Below, one piece after another: positions 35,278 to 45,804 of a stretch of DNA of 64,000 bases. A model generated the notes under the pieces. That model did not search any database and was not told where the DNA came from. It saw only the letters and a list, made by a program, of their open reading frames with translations. The position numbers and the translations under genes are program-made. The DNA is from an uncultured Gammaproteobacteria bacterium (GTDB taxonomy: Bacteria > Patescibacteriota > Patescibacteriia > Patescibacteriales > UBA12465), in assembly GCA_964470695.1 (NCBI GenBank), contig CAYYDR010000001.1, positions 593,997 to 657,996 of the forward strand, given 5' to 3'. Position 1 is the first letter of the stretch. Every line of letters starts with the position of its first letter.

Positions 35278-35631
35278 CTAGAAAACTAAACCGCCTTCAC
35301 GAGCGCCATCAGCCACGGCTTTAACTCGGCCATGATACTTATAAGAACTGCGGTCAAAAACCACCTGGCTAATTTTTTTATCTTTAGCTTTCTGAGCGAT
35401 TAACTTGCCTAATTCTTTGCCCGCTTCAACTTTATTAGGAAAATTCTTAATTTCTTTCAAAGCCGCACTGGCTAAAGTCTGGCCAGTCGCATCGTCTATT
35501 AATTGCAAAAACATGCCTTTATTAGAACGATAAACGCTCAAACGAGGACGAGCGGCACTACCGGAAATTTTTGACCGGACGCGCGCCGAGCGACGAGCTT
35601 GCTGTTTATTTTTAACCTTAGTTTTGTCCAT
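35278..35631 (-). CDS. rplR: 50S ribosomal protein L18 (uL18)
   Basis: 117 aa. RPRLSVYRSNKGMFLQLIDD, FDRSSYKYHGRVKAVADGAREGGL. Confidence 0.95.
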   Translation of the reverse strand: MDKTKVKNKQQARRSARVRSKISGSAARPRLSVYRSNKGMFLQLIDDATGQTLASAALKEIKNFPNKVEAGKELGKLIAQKAKDKKISQVVFDRSSYKYHGRVKAVADGAREGGLVF

Positions 35632-35655
35632 ATGATTTAAGATGTCTTACTTTAA

Positions 35656-36201
35656 TTATTTGCCTTTCGCAGCGGCTTTACCAGCCTTGCGACGGATAAT
35701 TTCGTCAGAATATTTAACACCCTTTCCTTTATAAGGTTCAGGCTGGCGAATCTTGCGAATTTGTGCGGCGACTTCTCCGACTAAAGCCTTATCAGCGCCT
35801 TCTAGAGTTATAACGTTAGCGGCGACAGAGGCGGTTATTCCTTTCGGTAATTTAAATTCCACGGGATGAGAAAAGCCCAAACTCATATTAAGCTTATCAC
35901 CAGCGACCGCGGCGCGGTAACCAACACCGTTAATTTCCAACTTTTTGGTAAATCCTACGCTGACTCCTTCAACACAGTTCTTAGTCAGACTCCACATTAA
36001 ACCCCACATAGCGCTAGCATTTTTAGCGTTCATATCATAAGGTTTAACGGATATTTCATTGTTTTCTATCTTAGCTTCAATGATAGGATTAGCGGCTAAA
36101 TGCAACTCGCCCTTAGGCCCCTTGAAAGTCATTTCCTTGGCGCTAATTGCGGCGGTAACGCCAGCCGGCAATTTAATTGGTAATTTTCCTAAACGTGACA
36201 T
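35656..36201 (-). CDS. rplF: 50S ribosomal protein L6 (uL6)
   Basis: 181 aa. SRLGKLPIKLP, GVGYRA, EPYKGKGVKY. Confidence 0.95.
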   Translation of the reverse strand: MSRLGKLPIKLPAGVTAAISAKEMTFKGPKGELHLAANPIIEAKIENNEISVKPYDMNAKNASAMWGLMWSLTKNCVEGVSVGFTKKLEINGVGYRAAVAGDKLNMSLGFSHPVEFKLPKGITASVAANVITLEGADKALVGEVAAQIRKIRQPEPYKGKGVKYSDEIIRRKAGKAAAKGK

Positions 36202-36221
36202 ATGCGTATAAATAGTGATGA

Positions 36222-36632
36222 TTAAAAAATCTCGCCGATTACTTCTCCGCCTATTTTCTTTTTCTTAGCTTCTTTATTAGTCATTAAACCGCTAGAAGTA
36301 GAAATTATGGCGATACCGAAATTACTGAGGACGGTCGGCACCTCTTCTTTAGAAACATAAATTTTTAAGCCCGGTCGGCTAACCCTCTGGATACTGGAAA
36401 TCTGGGGCTTACCATTTTTACGGTACTTAAGCTGAAGCTTTAATTCGTCAAAGCTATTGTGCTGTCCGTTTAGCCCGCCCGGAATTATCTCCGCTTTTTT
36501 AATCCAGCCTTCAGTTTCCAAAATCTTAGCGATTTCGTATTTTAATTTGCTGAGCGGCAAAATAACCTCCGTTTTTTTAACGGCGGAAGCGTTTCTAATT
36601 CTTGTGAACATGTCTGCGATGGGATCCATCAT
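36222..36632 (-). CDS. rpsH: 30S ribosomal protein S8 (uS8)
   Basis: 136 aa. DPIADMFTRIRNA, GGEVIGEI. Confidence 0.95.
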   Translation of the reverse strand: MMDPIADMFTRIRNASAVKKTEVILPLSKLKYEIAKILETEGWIKKAEIIPGGLNGQHNSFDELKLQLKYRKNGKPQISSIQRVSRPGLKIYVSKEEVPTVLSNFGIAIISTSSGLMTNKEAKKKKIGGEVIGEIF

Positions 36633-36659
36633 ATTTTTGGATATTGCTTAATTACTAAT

Positions 36660-36845
36660 TTACCAACTGGACTTGGTTATGCCCGGCAAGTCCCCGTTAT
36701 CAGCTAATTCCCGGAAACAAATACGGCATAATTTAAAGTCGCTCATATAGCCGTGATTACGGCCGCAGCGCCAGCACCGATTTATTTTCCGAGTGGAAAA
36801 TTTCGGCTTTCTTTTTGCTTTTACTATTAATGCAGTTCTTGCCAT
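36660..36845 (-). CDS. rpsN: 30S ribosomal protein S14, zinc-binding type Z (uS14)
   Basis: 61 aa. [17 protein letters not shown]. Confidence 0.95.
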   Translation of the reverse strand: MARTALIVKAKRKPKFSTRKINRCWRCGRNHGYMSDFKLCRICFRELADNGDLPGITKSSW

Positions 36846-36856
36846 ATATATTTGAA

Positions 36857-37402
36857 TTATTTGCTGTCTTTCTTAAAGGGGAAACCAAGTAAGCGGAATA
36901 GTTCTAAGCCTTCGGCTCTATTTTTAGCGTTAGTCGCTAAACAAACCTCCAGGCCATAAGGGGCTTCTGATTCTTCAATACGTATTTCTGGAAAATTAGC
37001 ATGATCTTTAAAGCCGACGGTTAAGTTGCCATTTCTATCAACTGCCTTATCGCTGATGCCGCGGAAGTCGCGGACTAAAGGAAAATCAATATTAACTAAT
37101 TTATCAACGAAGTCATACATTCTTGGGCCACGGATAGTAACCTTAGCGCCGATGACTAGGCCTTCTCTAATTTTAAAAGCGGAAATAGATTTCTTAGCAG
37201 CCGTCATGACCGGTTTCTGGCCAGAAATTTTGGTTAAACCTTTTTCCACGCTGGCAATATATTCTTTTTCTTTAAGATGATGGCCAAAGCCCACGTTCAG
37301 CACAACCTTAGTCAGGCGCGGAACCAGCATGGCGTTCTTAAAACCAAAGGCTTTTTCCATCTGTGGTACTATTTCTTTTTGATATTTTTCTTTTAATCTC
37401 AT
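36857..37402 (-). CDS. rplE: 50S ribosomal protein L5 (uL5)
   Basis: 181 aa. [29 protein letters not shown]. Confidence 0.95.
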   Translation of the reverse strand: MRLKEKYQKEIVPQMEKAFGFKNAMLVPRLTKVVLNVGFGHHLKEKEYIASVEKGLTKISGQKPVMTAAKKSISAFKIREGLVIGAKVTIRGPRMYDFVDKLVNIDFPLVRDFRGISDKAVDRNGNLTVGFKDHANFPEIRIEESEAPYGLEVCLATNAKNRAEGLELFRLLGFPFKKDSK

Positions 37403-37407
37403 ATATA

Positions 37408-37731
37408 TTACTCAATTATTTCCTGGCATTTTTTACAAACGCGGAATTTTTTATTTTTGCCCCCTTCAACTTTAGTAATCTTGGCGCCGACTCTAGTCGG
37501 ACGGCCACATTTCGGACAGACCAGGGATAAATTGGCGACATTCATAAAAGCTGGGAATTCAATACGCTGACCCTTCTCGCCACTGCGACGAGGGCGCAAA
37601 TGCTTAATCAATAAATTCAGGCCTTCAACGCTAGCCCGATTCTCACTCGGAATAACCTGGAGAACCTTGCCGGTCTTCCCTTTATCCTTACCAGATAAAA
37701 TTTTTACTTTGTCGTTCTTTTTGATATTCAT
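37408..37731 (-). CDS. rplX: 50S ribosomal protein L24 (uL24) with C4 zinc-ribbon segment
   Basis: 107 aa. KOW motif KILSGKDKGKTGKVL, plus CPKCG..CKKC. Confidence 0.93.
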   Translation of the reverse strand: MNIKKNDKVKILSGKDKGKTGKVLQVIPSENRASVEGLNLLIKHLRPRRSGEKGQRIEFPAFMNVANLSLVCPKCGRPTRVGAKITKVEGGKNKKFRVCKKCQEIIE

Positions 37732-37755
37732 ATAATTCGCAGTCGGGATAATATT

Positions 37756-38130
37756 TTATAAAACCTCAGGCGCCAAAGAGGCAATCTTTACAAAACCCGC
37801 TTTTCTAACTTCTCTGGCCACTGGCCCAAAGATACGAGTTCCTTTCGGATCCTTTTTTTCAATATCGGTAATGATAACACAAGCGTTATCGTCAAAACGT
37901 ACATAAGAACCATCCGTTCGGCGGATTTCTTTCTTAGTCCGGACAATAACCGCCTTAGCTACATCGCCCTTCTTAATCGCGGCGTGCGGGGCGGCTGACT
38001 TCACAGCGACAATTATAATATTACCGACGTGCCCATAGCGGCGTTTATAACCACCGAGAACGCGGATGCACTGGACCTCCTTAGCTCCGGAGTTATCAGC
38101 TACTTTTAAATATGTTTGTACTTGGACCAT
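37756..38130 (-). CDS. rplN: 50S ribosomal protein L14 (uL14)
   Basis: 124 aa. [27 protein letters not shown]. Confidence 0.95.
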   Translation of the reverse strand: MVQVQTYLKVADNSGAKEVQCIRVLGGYKRRYGHVGNIIIVAVKSAAPHAAIKKGDVAKAVIVRTKKEIRRTDGSYVRFDDNACVIITDIEKKDPKGTRIFGPVAREVRKAGFVKIASLAPEVL

Positions 38131-38167
38131 AAAATTAAGATGCTATTCTAAAAATTTGGAATTAGGC

Positions 38168-38437
38168 TTATTTCACTACGCGCCATCTCTTGTCCTTGCT
38201 TAAAGGACGGCATTCTACGAAACTAACCTTATCGCCGACATGATATTCATTCTTTTCATCATGAACCTTATATTTGCGGCTAACGGTATAGCGCTTCTGA
38301 TATTTAGGATGCTTTTTAACGCTATCAACCTTAACCACAATAGTCTTATCGCTCTTATCGCTTACGACCACGCCAATGAAAGTGCGATTGATAACGGCAG
38401 GCTTAGTGCTGACTGGTTTAACTTTTTGTGCGGCCAT
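38168..38437 (-). CDS. rpsQ: 30S ribosomal protein S17 (uS17)
   Basis: 89 aa. [33 protein letters not shown]. Confidence 0.95.
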   Translation of the reverse strand: MAAQKVKPVSTKPAVINRTFIGVVVSDKSDKTIVVKVDSVKKHPKYQKRYTVSRKYKVHDEKNEYHVGDKVSFVECRPLSKDKRWRVVK

Positions 38438-38438
38438 A

Positions 38439-38624
38439 TTATTTTACTTTATTTAATATAGTTAAAACGTGGGCAATAAGCTGTCTGACGGCTCTAATTT
38501 CCCGAATGTTCTTCAGCTGCTTATTTGAATCCTTAAAACGCAAGTCACGTAATTTCTCACGGTTCAAGCCCAATAAGTCCTGTAATTCCTTGACGCTTTT
38601 GGTTGATAATTCTTTAAATTCCAT
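38439..38624 (-). CDS. rpmC: 50S ribosomal protein L29 (uL29)
   Basis: Track ORF starts at 38666 inside rplP. ATG 38624 ([16 protein letters not shown]...) follows an AAGGA Shine-Dalgarno and gives the expected 61 aa. Confidence 0.9.
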   Translation of the reverse strand: MEFKELSTKSVKELQDLLGLNREKLRDLRFKDSNKQLKNIREIRAVRQLIAHVLTILNKVK

Positions 38625-38641
38625 ATAATTTATATCCTTGT

Positions 38642-39049
38642 TTAATCTTTGCTGATAAATTGGCACTTAAGAGGCAGCTTGTGAGCGGCCATTTCCATGG
38701 CTTTCTTAGCAGTCGCTCTGTCCAAACCTTCCATCTCAAACATGACCATGCCCGGCTTGATAATAGCAACATAATAATCAACAGCACCCTTACCTTTACC
38801 CATCGGGATTTCTCCACCATGAGCAGTAACTGGTTTATCCGGGAAGATCCGAATCCAAATCTGCCCGCCCTTCTTGACGTATTTAGTCATAACCCGACGC
38901 GCTGCTTCAATCTGACGGGAAGTTACCCAGCAGGCAGTCAAGCTCTTCAGACCATAGCTACCGAAACTGATATTCAGATTACGGGTCGCCTTACCGCCAC
39001 GACGGCGTTTCTGGTCCTTTCTCCATTTAGTTTTCTTTGGCATTAACAT
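38642..39049 (-). CDS. rplP: 50S ribosomal protein L16 (uL16)
   Basis: 135 aa. MLMPKKTKWRK, IWIRIFPDKPVT, PMGKGKG. Confidence 0.95.
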   Translation of the reverse strand: MLMPKKTKWRKDQKRRRGGKATRNLNISFGSYGLKSLTACWVTSRQIEAARRVMTKYVKKGGQIWIRIFPDKPVTAHGGEIPMGKGKGAVDYYVAIIKPGMVMFEMEGLDRATAKKAMEMAAHKLPLKCQFISKD

Positions 39050-39072
39050 ATGTTTTGATGCAGATTTTTATT

Positions 39073-39753
39073 TTATTCAGCGATCACTTCGCCTTTAGCC
39101 ATTTTCTCTTTTTTAAAAACTTCTCCCTTATAAACCCAAACTTTAATACCGATAGCGCCATAAGTAGTGTGAGCGGCGCCGCGCGCGTAATCAATATCCG
39201 CTCTTAAAGTCTGTAAAGGTAATTTGCCCCAAACCAATTTCTCAGTGCGAGCAATTTCCGCGCCATTCAAACGGCCAGAAATAACGATTTTAGCACCCAA
39301 GGCACCAGCTCTTTCAATTTTGCCAATGGACTGTTTCATTACTTTGCGGAAAGGCATTCTTTTTTCAATTTCCAAAATCATGCTTTGAACCATTATCTGA
39401 GCGCTTAAGTTTGGACGGCTAAATTCTTTAATATTTAAACTGATTTCACCCATTCGTAAATTTTTCAAAAATTTATCGTGCAGTTTCTTCTTCAATTCTT
39501 CCGCACCATTACCGCCGCGACCAATGATTAAACCTGGCTTAGCAGTTGTAACGTTAATTTCCATCTTGCTGATGCTGCGAACGATTTCTACCTTATCAAT
39601 GCCAGCCTCCTTAAATTCCTTAATCATGTATTTCCGGACGCCGATATCCTGACGGATATTCTTGATATATTTATCGCCGCGTTCAAACCATAAAGACGGC
39701 CAAGTCTTGGTGATGCCCATGCGGAGAATTTTCGGATTAACTTTTTTACCCAT
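39073..39753 (-). CDS. rpsC: 30S ribosomal protein S3 (uS3)
   Basis: 226 aa. MGKKVNPKILRMG, KH domain GLIIGRGG, GRLNGAEIAR. Confidence 0.95.
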   Translation of the reverse strand: MGKKVNPKILRMGITKTWPSLWFERGDKYIKNIRQDIGVRKYMIKEFKEAGIDKVEIVRSISKMEINVTTAKPGLIIGRGGNGAEELKKKLHDKFLKNLRMGEISLNIKEFSRPNLSAQIMVQSMILEIEKRMPFRKVMKQSIGKIERAGALGAKIVISGRLNGAEIARTEKLVWGKLPLQTLRADIDYARGAAHTTYGAIGIKVWVYKGEVFKKEKMAKGEVIAE

Positions 39754-39801
39754 ATGGATTCAATTACAAATAATTACGAATAATTATAAATTAATTAATG
39801 A

Positions 39802-40311
39802 CTAGCCAGCCTTTCTCTGGAACATTTTTCTCTTCTCGCCGCCAGCGGCTTTCTTGCCAGCCTCTTTAGAAACTTTCAAAGTAGATTTAGCCGTGGCCTT
39901 TTCGCCCTCTTTAGCCAATTTCTCTAATTTGACCGGATCAGCAGCTTTAACGACTTTCTTTTCTTTTTTGCCGCTTTCCTTAATTTCCGCTAGAACTAAA
40001 TTGACATGGCAGCCGCGTTTGCGAATAGAAGTGGCGCGACCATGGGCGCGAGGCATCCAGCGCTTTAACATAACGCCCTCATCAGACCGGATTTCCTTAA
40101 TATATAAATTATCTCTTTCTAAACTATAAGTGTTAACCGCGTTAGCAATAGCTGATTTGATTAATTTAGCTACCGGCTCCGCCGCTAACTTATTAATAAA
40201 ACGCAATTGATCTAAAGCCGCTTCAACCGGCATTTTGCGGATAACATCAATCACCAAGCGGATTTTCCGTGGCGACATTCTTAAATGATTTAAACTAGCT
40301 TTTACTTCCAT
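39802..40311 (-). CDS. rplV: 50S ribosomal protein L22 (uL22) with K/A/E-rich C-terminal extension
   Basis: 169 aa. LRMSPRKIRLVIDVIR, PRAHGRATSIRKRGCHV. About 55-aa charged tail. Confidence 0.95.
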   Translation of the reverse strand: MEVKASLNHLRMSPRKIRLVIDVIRKMPVEAALDQLRFINKLAAEPVAKLIKSAIANAVNTYSLERDNLYIKEIRSDEGVMLKRWMPRAHGRATSIRKRGCHVNLVLAEIKESGKKEKKVVKAADPVKLEKLAKEGEKATAKSTLKVSKEAGKKAAGGEKRKMFQRKAG

Positions 40312-40325
40312 ATATTCGTGATTAA

Positions 40326-40613
40326 TTATTTCTTATCAGCCGCCTGGCTCTTAGCCATCTTACCGCCATGACCTAAAAATTTACGGGTCGGAGAAAATTC
40401 CCCTAAACGATGCCCAACCATATTCTCCACGATGTAAATTGGTAAATGGGTCTTGCCGTTATGAACGCCAAGCGTAAAACCAACCATTTCTGGAGTAATT
40501 GTGCAGGCCCTATCCCAAACTTTAATCGTGCTCTTATCGCCCGGCTTTAAATTCTTTATTTTGTTGACGAGGCGCAGATTAATGTATGGCCCTTTTTTTA
40601 AACTTCTGGACAT
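40326..40613 (-). CDS. rpsS: 30S ribosomal protein S19 (uS19)
   Basis: 95 aa. [26 protein letters not shown]. Confidence 0.95.
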   Translation of the reverse strand: MSRSLKKGPYINLRLVNKIKNLKPGDKSTIKVWDRACTITPEMVGFTLGVHNGKTHLPIYIVENMVGHRLGEFSPTRKFLGHGGKMAKSQAADKK

Positions 40614-40633
40614 ATATATTACTAAGTTATTTA

Positions 40634-41470
40634 TTATTTACGTTTCTGGCGACGATTAATAATCAAACGATCACTATGTCTCTTTCTTCTAGTCTTAACA
40701 CCCAAGGCTGGCTTGCCCCACATAGTCTTAGGATGTCTAAGACCGATAGGCTGGTTACCTTCACCACCGCCGTGTGGATGATCAACTGGATTCATAGCGG
40801 TACCACGAACAGTCGGACGAATACCTAAGTGACGGCTGCGACCGGCTTTACCTAATGAGATATGACGGAAATCAGGATTACTAGCGCGACCGATCGTACA
40901 TAAACATTCTTTCTTAACCTGGCGAATTTCACCTGATGGCATTTTTAACTGAGCATATTTCCCTTCCACGCCCATGACATAAACGACATTGCCGGCACCG
41001 CGAGCAATTTTAGCGCCCTGGCCCGGTTCTAATTCAACGCAACTAACGGCCATGCCGGCTGGGATAAACTGTAAAGGCAGGGCATTACCATTTTTTAATT
41101 CAATCAACTCCTTAGAACTCATAACCTTATCGCCAACTTTTAAATCAGTCGGAGCGATAATATAGCGCTTAGCGCCGTCCATATAATTAAGCAAAGCTAA
41201 ACGAGCACCGCGATTTGGGTCATATTCAATAGAAGCAACCGTTGCTTCAATATTATATTTATCACGCTTAAAATCAACCAAACGAATATAACGCTTAGCG
41301 CCGCCGCCTTGATGACGGACCGTAATTTTACCCTGAGAGTTACGGCCACCGCGTTTTTTCTTAATAACGACCAATCTCTTTTCCGGAGAAAACTTTGTCA
41401 AATCATTAAAATCATCAAAAGTCGCTTCACGTCGTCCCGGAGTATTCGCTTTTACTTTTTTAATACCCAT
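40634..41470 (-). CDS. rplB: 50S ribosomal protein L2 (uL2)
   Basis: 278 aa. [27 protein letters not shown]. Confidence 0.95.
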   Translation of the reverse strand: MGIKKVKANTPGRREATFDDFNDLTKFSPEKRLVVIKKKRGGRNSQGKITVRHQGGGAKRYIRLVDFKRDKYNIEATVASIEYDPNRGARLALLNYMDGAKRYIIAPTDLKVGDKVMSSKELIELKNGNALPLQFIPAGMAVSCVELEPGQGAKIARGAGNVVYVMGVEGKYAQLKMPSGEIRQVKKECLCTIGRASNPDFRHISLGKAGRSRHLGIRPTVRGTAMNPVDHPHGGGEGNQPIGLRHPKTMWGKPALGVKTRRKRHSDRLIINRRQKRK

Positions 41471-41493
41471 ATGTGCAATCTAAATATAATAAA

Positions 41494-41967
41494 TTAAACG
41501 CCTTCGTAAATCTTAATGGCCTCTCCCTTAGCTAAAGTAACGATCGCTTTGCGCCAATCGCTTCTCCGGCCTTTAACGCGGCCACGGGCCACTTTCTTGC
41601 CGGAGACATTAGACATATTTACTTTAAGCGGAGTGACATTATATAAAGCCTTGATGGCGCGGGCGACCGAAATTTTATTAGCGCCTTCAGAAACTACGAA
41701 AACATATTTATTTTCCGCGCTTAAATTGGTAGCTTTTTCCGTGATAAGCGGGCGAACTAAAATGCGATAAGATTCGTTAGCCTTAAGCTTAACGCTGCCG
41801 GATTTAGTCGGGGATTTAACTGCCGTTTCAGAACTGTAAAGATCCTGCATGCTAACTGAAGCGTCTTTATTGGCCGCTTCTTTTTTAGCCGCTTCCTTCT
41901 TCACGGGTTTTTTAGCCGCGACGGTCTTATCCTCTGAACCAGTTTTTTTATTACCAAATAAAGCCAT
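41494..41967 (-). CDS. rplW: 50S ribosomal protein L23 (uL23) with about 60-aa N-terminal K/A-rich extension
   Basis: 157 aa. Core ILVRPLITEKAT...YVFVVSEGANK...WRKAIVTL. Confidence 0.93.
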   Translation of the reverse strand: MALFGNKKTGSEDKTVAAKKPVKKEAAKKEAANKDASVSMQDLYSSETAVKSPTKSGSVKLKANESYRILVRPLITEKATNLSAENKYVFVVSEGANKISVARAIKALYNVTPLKVNMSNVSGKKVARGRVKGRRSDWRKAIVTLAKGEAIKIYEGV

Positions 41968-41978
41968 ATGATTGATAA

Positions 41979-42629
41979 TTACTTCGTCTTACTATAACGG
42001 TCACTCAAAGATTTGACTGCCGCTTCGGTTACTAATAAATTTTTATAATTCAGGATGTCTAATAAATTGATATTTTCTAAATTGATAATCTTAACACCCT
42101 TTAAATTGCGGCCGGAATATTGGGCCTTTTCGTTTTTCGCTTCGTTTATTACTAAAATATCACGGCGGTCATTCTTCAAGACATTTTTTTCCACCGCGCT
42201 TAAAATAGCGTTAAATTTCTTGGTCTTAAATTCGCTGAAGTTAAGATTTTCTAAAACGACTAAAGTTTCGGTAACCGCCTTATCGGATAAAGCCATGAAC
42301 ATCGCTTTCTGCTTCATCTTCTGATTTATTTTCTGCTTGAAATTACGATTCTTGGTTGGACCAAAAGTAACACCGCCGCCAATCCATAAAGGAGAACGGC
42401 TAGAACCAACGCGAGCGCGGCCAGTTCCTTTTTGTTTCCAAGGCTTTTTACCGCCGCCGGAAACTTCGCTTCTATCCTTAGTATGGGCTAAAACCTGACG
42501 AGCATTAGCTTGCTGGGTAATAACGGCCTGATGCAGTAAATCATGATTAGGCTTGACGCCAAAAATTTTAGCATCTAACTCTAAGTCTTTAACAGCTTCA
42601 GCGGATTGGTTATAAACTTTTATCTTCAT
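41979..42629 (-). CDS. rplD: 50S ribosomal protein L4 (uL4)
   Basis: 216 aa. GGGKKPWKQKGTGRARVGSSRSPLWIGGGVTFGP. Confidence 0.95.
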   Translation of the reverse strand: MKIKVYNQSAEAVKDLELDAKIFGVKPNHDLLHQAVITQQANARQVLAHTKDRSEVSGGGKKPWKQKGTGRARVGSSRSPLWIGGGVTFGPTKNRNFKQKINQKMKQKAMFMALSDKAVTETLVVLENLNFSEFKTKKFNAILSAVEKNVLKNDRRDILVINEAKNEKAQYSGRNLKGVKIINLENINLLDILNYKNLLVTEAAVKSLSDRYSKTK

Positions 42630-42654
42630 ACAATTCGTAAATTCGTATTAATAT

Positions 42655-43428
42655 TTATTTTGCTTCTTCGGCAGACTCTTCTTTAACTTCTCCGACTACT
42701 TCCGCCTTAGCCTCTTCTGCCGCTTCTTCAGCCTTAACCTCTTCAACTACTTCTTCTGTTTTAATTTCCGGGGTTTCTTCCGCTGAAACAGTTTTTTTCA
42801 AGTTAACCTGTAAATCACCGGCGCCGCTAATCATTACTAAACCATTGATAGCGCCAGGAACAGAACCCTTAACAAAAATTATATCTTTAGCTTCATCAAT
42901 AGCCACTATTTCTAAATTAGTAGTAGTTACTCTTTCGCCACCCATACGACCAGCCATACGAGTTCCCTTGAAAACATGGGCCGGGCCCTTAGGTCCGACT
43001 GAGCCAGACATTCTTTCCTGATCTTTATTACCATGAGTCGCTTTATGACCGGCAAAATGATGGCGCTTAACTACACCCTGGAAACCTTTACCTTTAGAAG
43101 TACCCGTGACATTGATAACATCTTTAACCGCAAAAGCTTCAACAGTGATAACATCGCCAACTTTAAAATCAGCTGCCTTATCAGTTCTAAACTCGCGGAC
43201 ATGCATTGGTTTAACACCAGCGGCCTTATAATGACCGAGCTGTGGCTTTTTAATATTTTTTTCTTTGCGCGCGCCATAAGCAACCTGCAAAGCATCATAA
43301 CCATCTTTAGTTTTAGTCTTGACCTGGGTAATTACACAAGGCCCGGCCGCTACTGGAGTAACTGCCATAACTTCATCGCCAGACCAAATCTGGGTCATGC
43401 TCATTTTTTTTCCGCTGATAAATTTCAT
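42655..43428 (-). CDS. rplC: 50S ribosomal protein L3 (uL3) with acidic E/A/V-rich C-terminal extension
   Basis: 257 aa. GKGFQGVVKRHHFAG, GSVGPKGPAHVFKGTRMAGRMG. About 45-aa EEVVEEVKAEEAAEEAK tail. Confidence 0.95.
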   Translation of the reverse strand: MKFISGKKMSMTQIWSGDEVMAVTPVAAGPCVITQVKTKTKDGYDALQVAYGARKEKNIKKPQLGHYKAAGVKPMHVREFRTDKAADFKVGDVITVEAFAVKDVINVTGTSKGKGFQGVVKRHHFAGHKATHGNKDQERMSGSVGPKGPAHVFKGTRMAGRMGGERVTTTNLEIVAIDEAKDIIFVKGSVPGAINGLVMISGAGDLQVNLKKTVSAEETPEIKTEEVVEEVKAEEAAEEAKAEVVGEVKEESAEEAK

Positions 43429-43713
43429 ATATTTCTAGGTCTTTTAAATTCCTAGCGAGCCAACAAGCGAAAGCTTGCTTTCATTTGTGGCGAGCGACGG
43501 AATTACACGCCTGTAAGTGCTTTAAAACAAAAACTGGCTTTGAAACCAGCTTAAAAACTAAACAATAAAAAATAAAATTTGTTTTCTATCTTTTATTTTG
43601 TTTTGTCAGCTGATTTACCTCCTAATTTTAGCTAATATTCGCTTAAACACTTTCTATAATTTCAGAGTTATTTAGGCTTATTTTAGCTAAGTTAATCTCA
43701 TCTTTTTATACTA

Positions 43714-44049
43714 CTACATTTTTATTTCTACGTCAACCCCTGCCGGTAAGGCTAGGTTGGTCAAATCCTCAATCGTCTTGGCGGTTGGATCAATAATATC
43801 AATCATGCGCTTATGAATACGCATTTCATATTGATCACGGGCGTCCTTATGGACGAAAGTGGAACGGTTAACAGTATACTTCCTCTTCTCAGTCGGAAGC
43901 GGTATTGGCCCGAAAAACTGGGCGTCACTGCGCTCAATCGTTTCAATAATCGTTTTAGTGGACTGGTCAATAATCTTATGATCAAAAGCCTTGATCTTGA
44001 TTCTGATCCGTTGTTTAAAATCTTTTTCTTCTTTTTTGTTTTCGGACAT
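43714..44049 (-). CDS. rpsJ: 30S ribosomal protein S10 (uS10)
   Basis: 111 aa. [44 protein letters not shown]. Confidence 0.95.
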   Translation of the reverse strand: MSENKKEEKDFKQRIRIKIKAFDHKIIDQSTKTIIETIERSDAQFFGPIPLPTEKRKYTVNRSTFVHKDARDQYEMRIHKRMIDIIDPTAKTIEDLTNLALPAGVDVEIKM

Positions 44050-44073
44050 AATTTAACTTCTTTAAAATATACA

Positions 44074-44105
44074 CTACAAACCCGCCCTCAAAATAAGAGC
44101 GGGTC
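44074..44105 (-). terminator. Hairpin between tuf and rpsJ (possible attenuator/partial terminator)
   Basis: Minus strand ACCCGCtcttattttgaggGCGGGTttgt. The U-tract is short, so function is uncertain. Confidence 0.35.
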
Positions 44106-44112
44106 AAAGTGC

Positions 44113-45303
44113 TTACTTTAAAATCTTAGTAACGACGCCGGCGCCGACAGTGCGGCCACCTTCGCGAACAGTAAATCTCTGTTTCTCTTCAAGCGCAATC
44201 GGAGCAATTAACTTAATAGTTAAGTTAACAGTGTCTCCTGGCATAACCATTTCGGTGCCAGCTGGTAAATTAATATCACCAGTAACATCAGTGGTCTTGA
44301 AATAGAATTGAGGTTTATAACCATTAAAGAATGGCTTATGGCGTCCACCTTCCTCTTTAGATAAGACGTATACTTCAGCAGTAAATTCAGTGTGAGGAGT
44401 AATTGAACCTGGTTTGCATAATACTTGGCCACGTTCTACTTCATTTTTCTTAGTACCACGAAGTAAAATACCAGCATTATCACCAGCCTGACCATTGTCT
44501 AACTGCTTATTGAACATTTCAATACCAGTAACAGTAGTCTTCTTGGTATCCATTAAACCAACGATTTCCACTTCATCGCCAACTTTGATAACGCCTCTTT
44601 CAATACGGCCAGTAACGACAGTGCCGCGGCCTTCAATTGAGAAGATATCTTCAATCGGCATTAAATAAGGGTGGTCAACATCGCGAACTGGTTCTGGGAT
44701 ATAATCATTCAAAGCGTCCATCAATTTCATGATTGGCTCAGCATCAGGACCAGTCGGGTTCTCTAAAGCCTTTAAGGCAGAACCGCGGACAATTGGAGTA
44801 GTGTCACCCGGGAATTCATATTTCTTAAGTAAATCGCGAATTTCTTCTTCAACTAAATCAATTAACTCTTTATCCTCAACCATGTCGCACTTGTTTAAGA
44901 AGACGATGATATAAGGAACGCCTACCTGGCGAGCTAATAAGATGTGTTCTCTGGTCTGAGGCATAGGGCCATCAGTCGCAGCTACTACTAAAATAGCACC
45001 GTCCATCTGAGCGGCGCCAGTGATCATGTTCTTAACATAATCAGCGTGACCCGGACAGTCAACGTGAGCATAATGTCTCTTGTCAGATTCGTATTCAACG
45101 TGAGCGGTGGCGATGGTAATACCTCTCGCCTTCTCTTCTGGAGCGGCGTCAATTTCGCCAACGCCTTTCTTAGACGCTTTCATGCCTTTAGCGGCGAAAA
45201 CGGCTAACATCGCGGCGGTTAAAGTGGTCTTCCCATGGTCAACGTGGCCGATAGTACCGACGTTAACATGGGGCTTGGTGCGTTCAAATTTGTCTGCTGC
45301 CAT
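44113..45303 (-). CDS. tuf: Elongation factor Tu
   Basis: 396 aa. [21 protein letters not shown]. Confidence 0.97.
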   Translation of the reverse strand: MAADKFERTKPHVNVGTIGHVDHGKTTLTAAMLAVFAAKGMKASKKGVGEIDAAPEEKARGITIATAHVEYESDKRHYAHVDCPGHADYVKNMITGAAQMDGAILVVAATDGPMPQTREHILLARQVGVPYIIVFLNKCDMVEDKELIDLVEEEIRDLLKKYEFPGDTTPIVRGSALKALENPTGPDAEPIMKLMDALNDYIPEPVRDVDHPYLMPIEDIFSIEGRGTVVTGRIERGVIKVGDEVEIVGLMDTKKTTVTGIEMFNKQLDNGQAGDNAGILLRGTKKNEVERGQVLCKPGSITPHTEFTAEVYVLSKEEGGRHKPFFNGYKPQFYFKTTDVTGDINLPAGTEMVMPGDTVNLTIKLIAPIALEEKQRFTVREGGRTVGAGVVTKILK

Positions 45304-45397
45304 GTTTTTGTTGTACGGCCCCCGCTTACCACGGGGTTTCTTTCCTGAAACCAGGAAACCAGCCGAACTAAATTAATTATTAATAAATAAATTATTT

Positions 45398-45784
45398 CTA
45401 AGATTGAACTTCCTGAGCCTTATCCTTCACTTGCGGAGGGATCTGCCAGGCCTTTTTTGGTTTATTTTCTTCTCCCAAATAAGCCGAATCATCTCGATTT
45501 TTCCACATCGAGATTTCGCGATTTATTTTATCAGTTAAATCTTCTTCTGTCAAATTTTCCATTTTCTCTGTTTTTACTGGTAATTCCGGCTTTATTAGCG
45601 TATTTTCTTGACTAGCTGAATCAATCTTTTCGGTTATTTTTTGCCCTTTAGAAATTAAGGACTCGTAGCTAGAAAAATCCATCAAAGCATAAGAATCATC
45701 CGGATTAGCAGCATCAAAAATAATGACTCTATCACCAGTCTTCTTCACTAAGGTTAAAATTTTCTTTAGCTGTTCTGGAAACAT
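45398..45784 (-). CDS. Hypothetical protein inserted between fusA and tuf
   Basis: 128 aa ORF on the operon strand, 20 nt after fusA. No motif recognised. Confidence 0.55.
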   Translation of the reverse strand: MFPEQLKKILTLVKKTGDRVIIFDAANPDDSYALMDFSSYESLISKGQKITEKIDSASQENTLIKPELPVKTEKMENLTEEDLTDKINREISMWKNRDDSAYLGEENKPKKAWQIPPQVKDKAQEVQS

Positions 45785-45804
45785 ATGTAAATTTCTGTAA
45801 AAGA

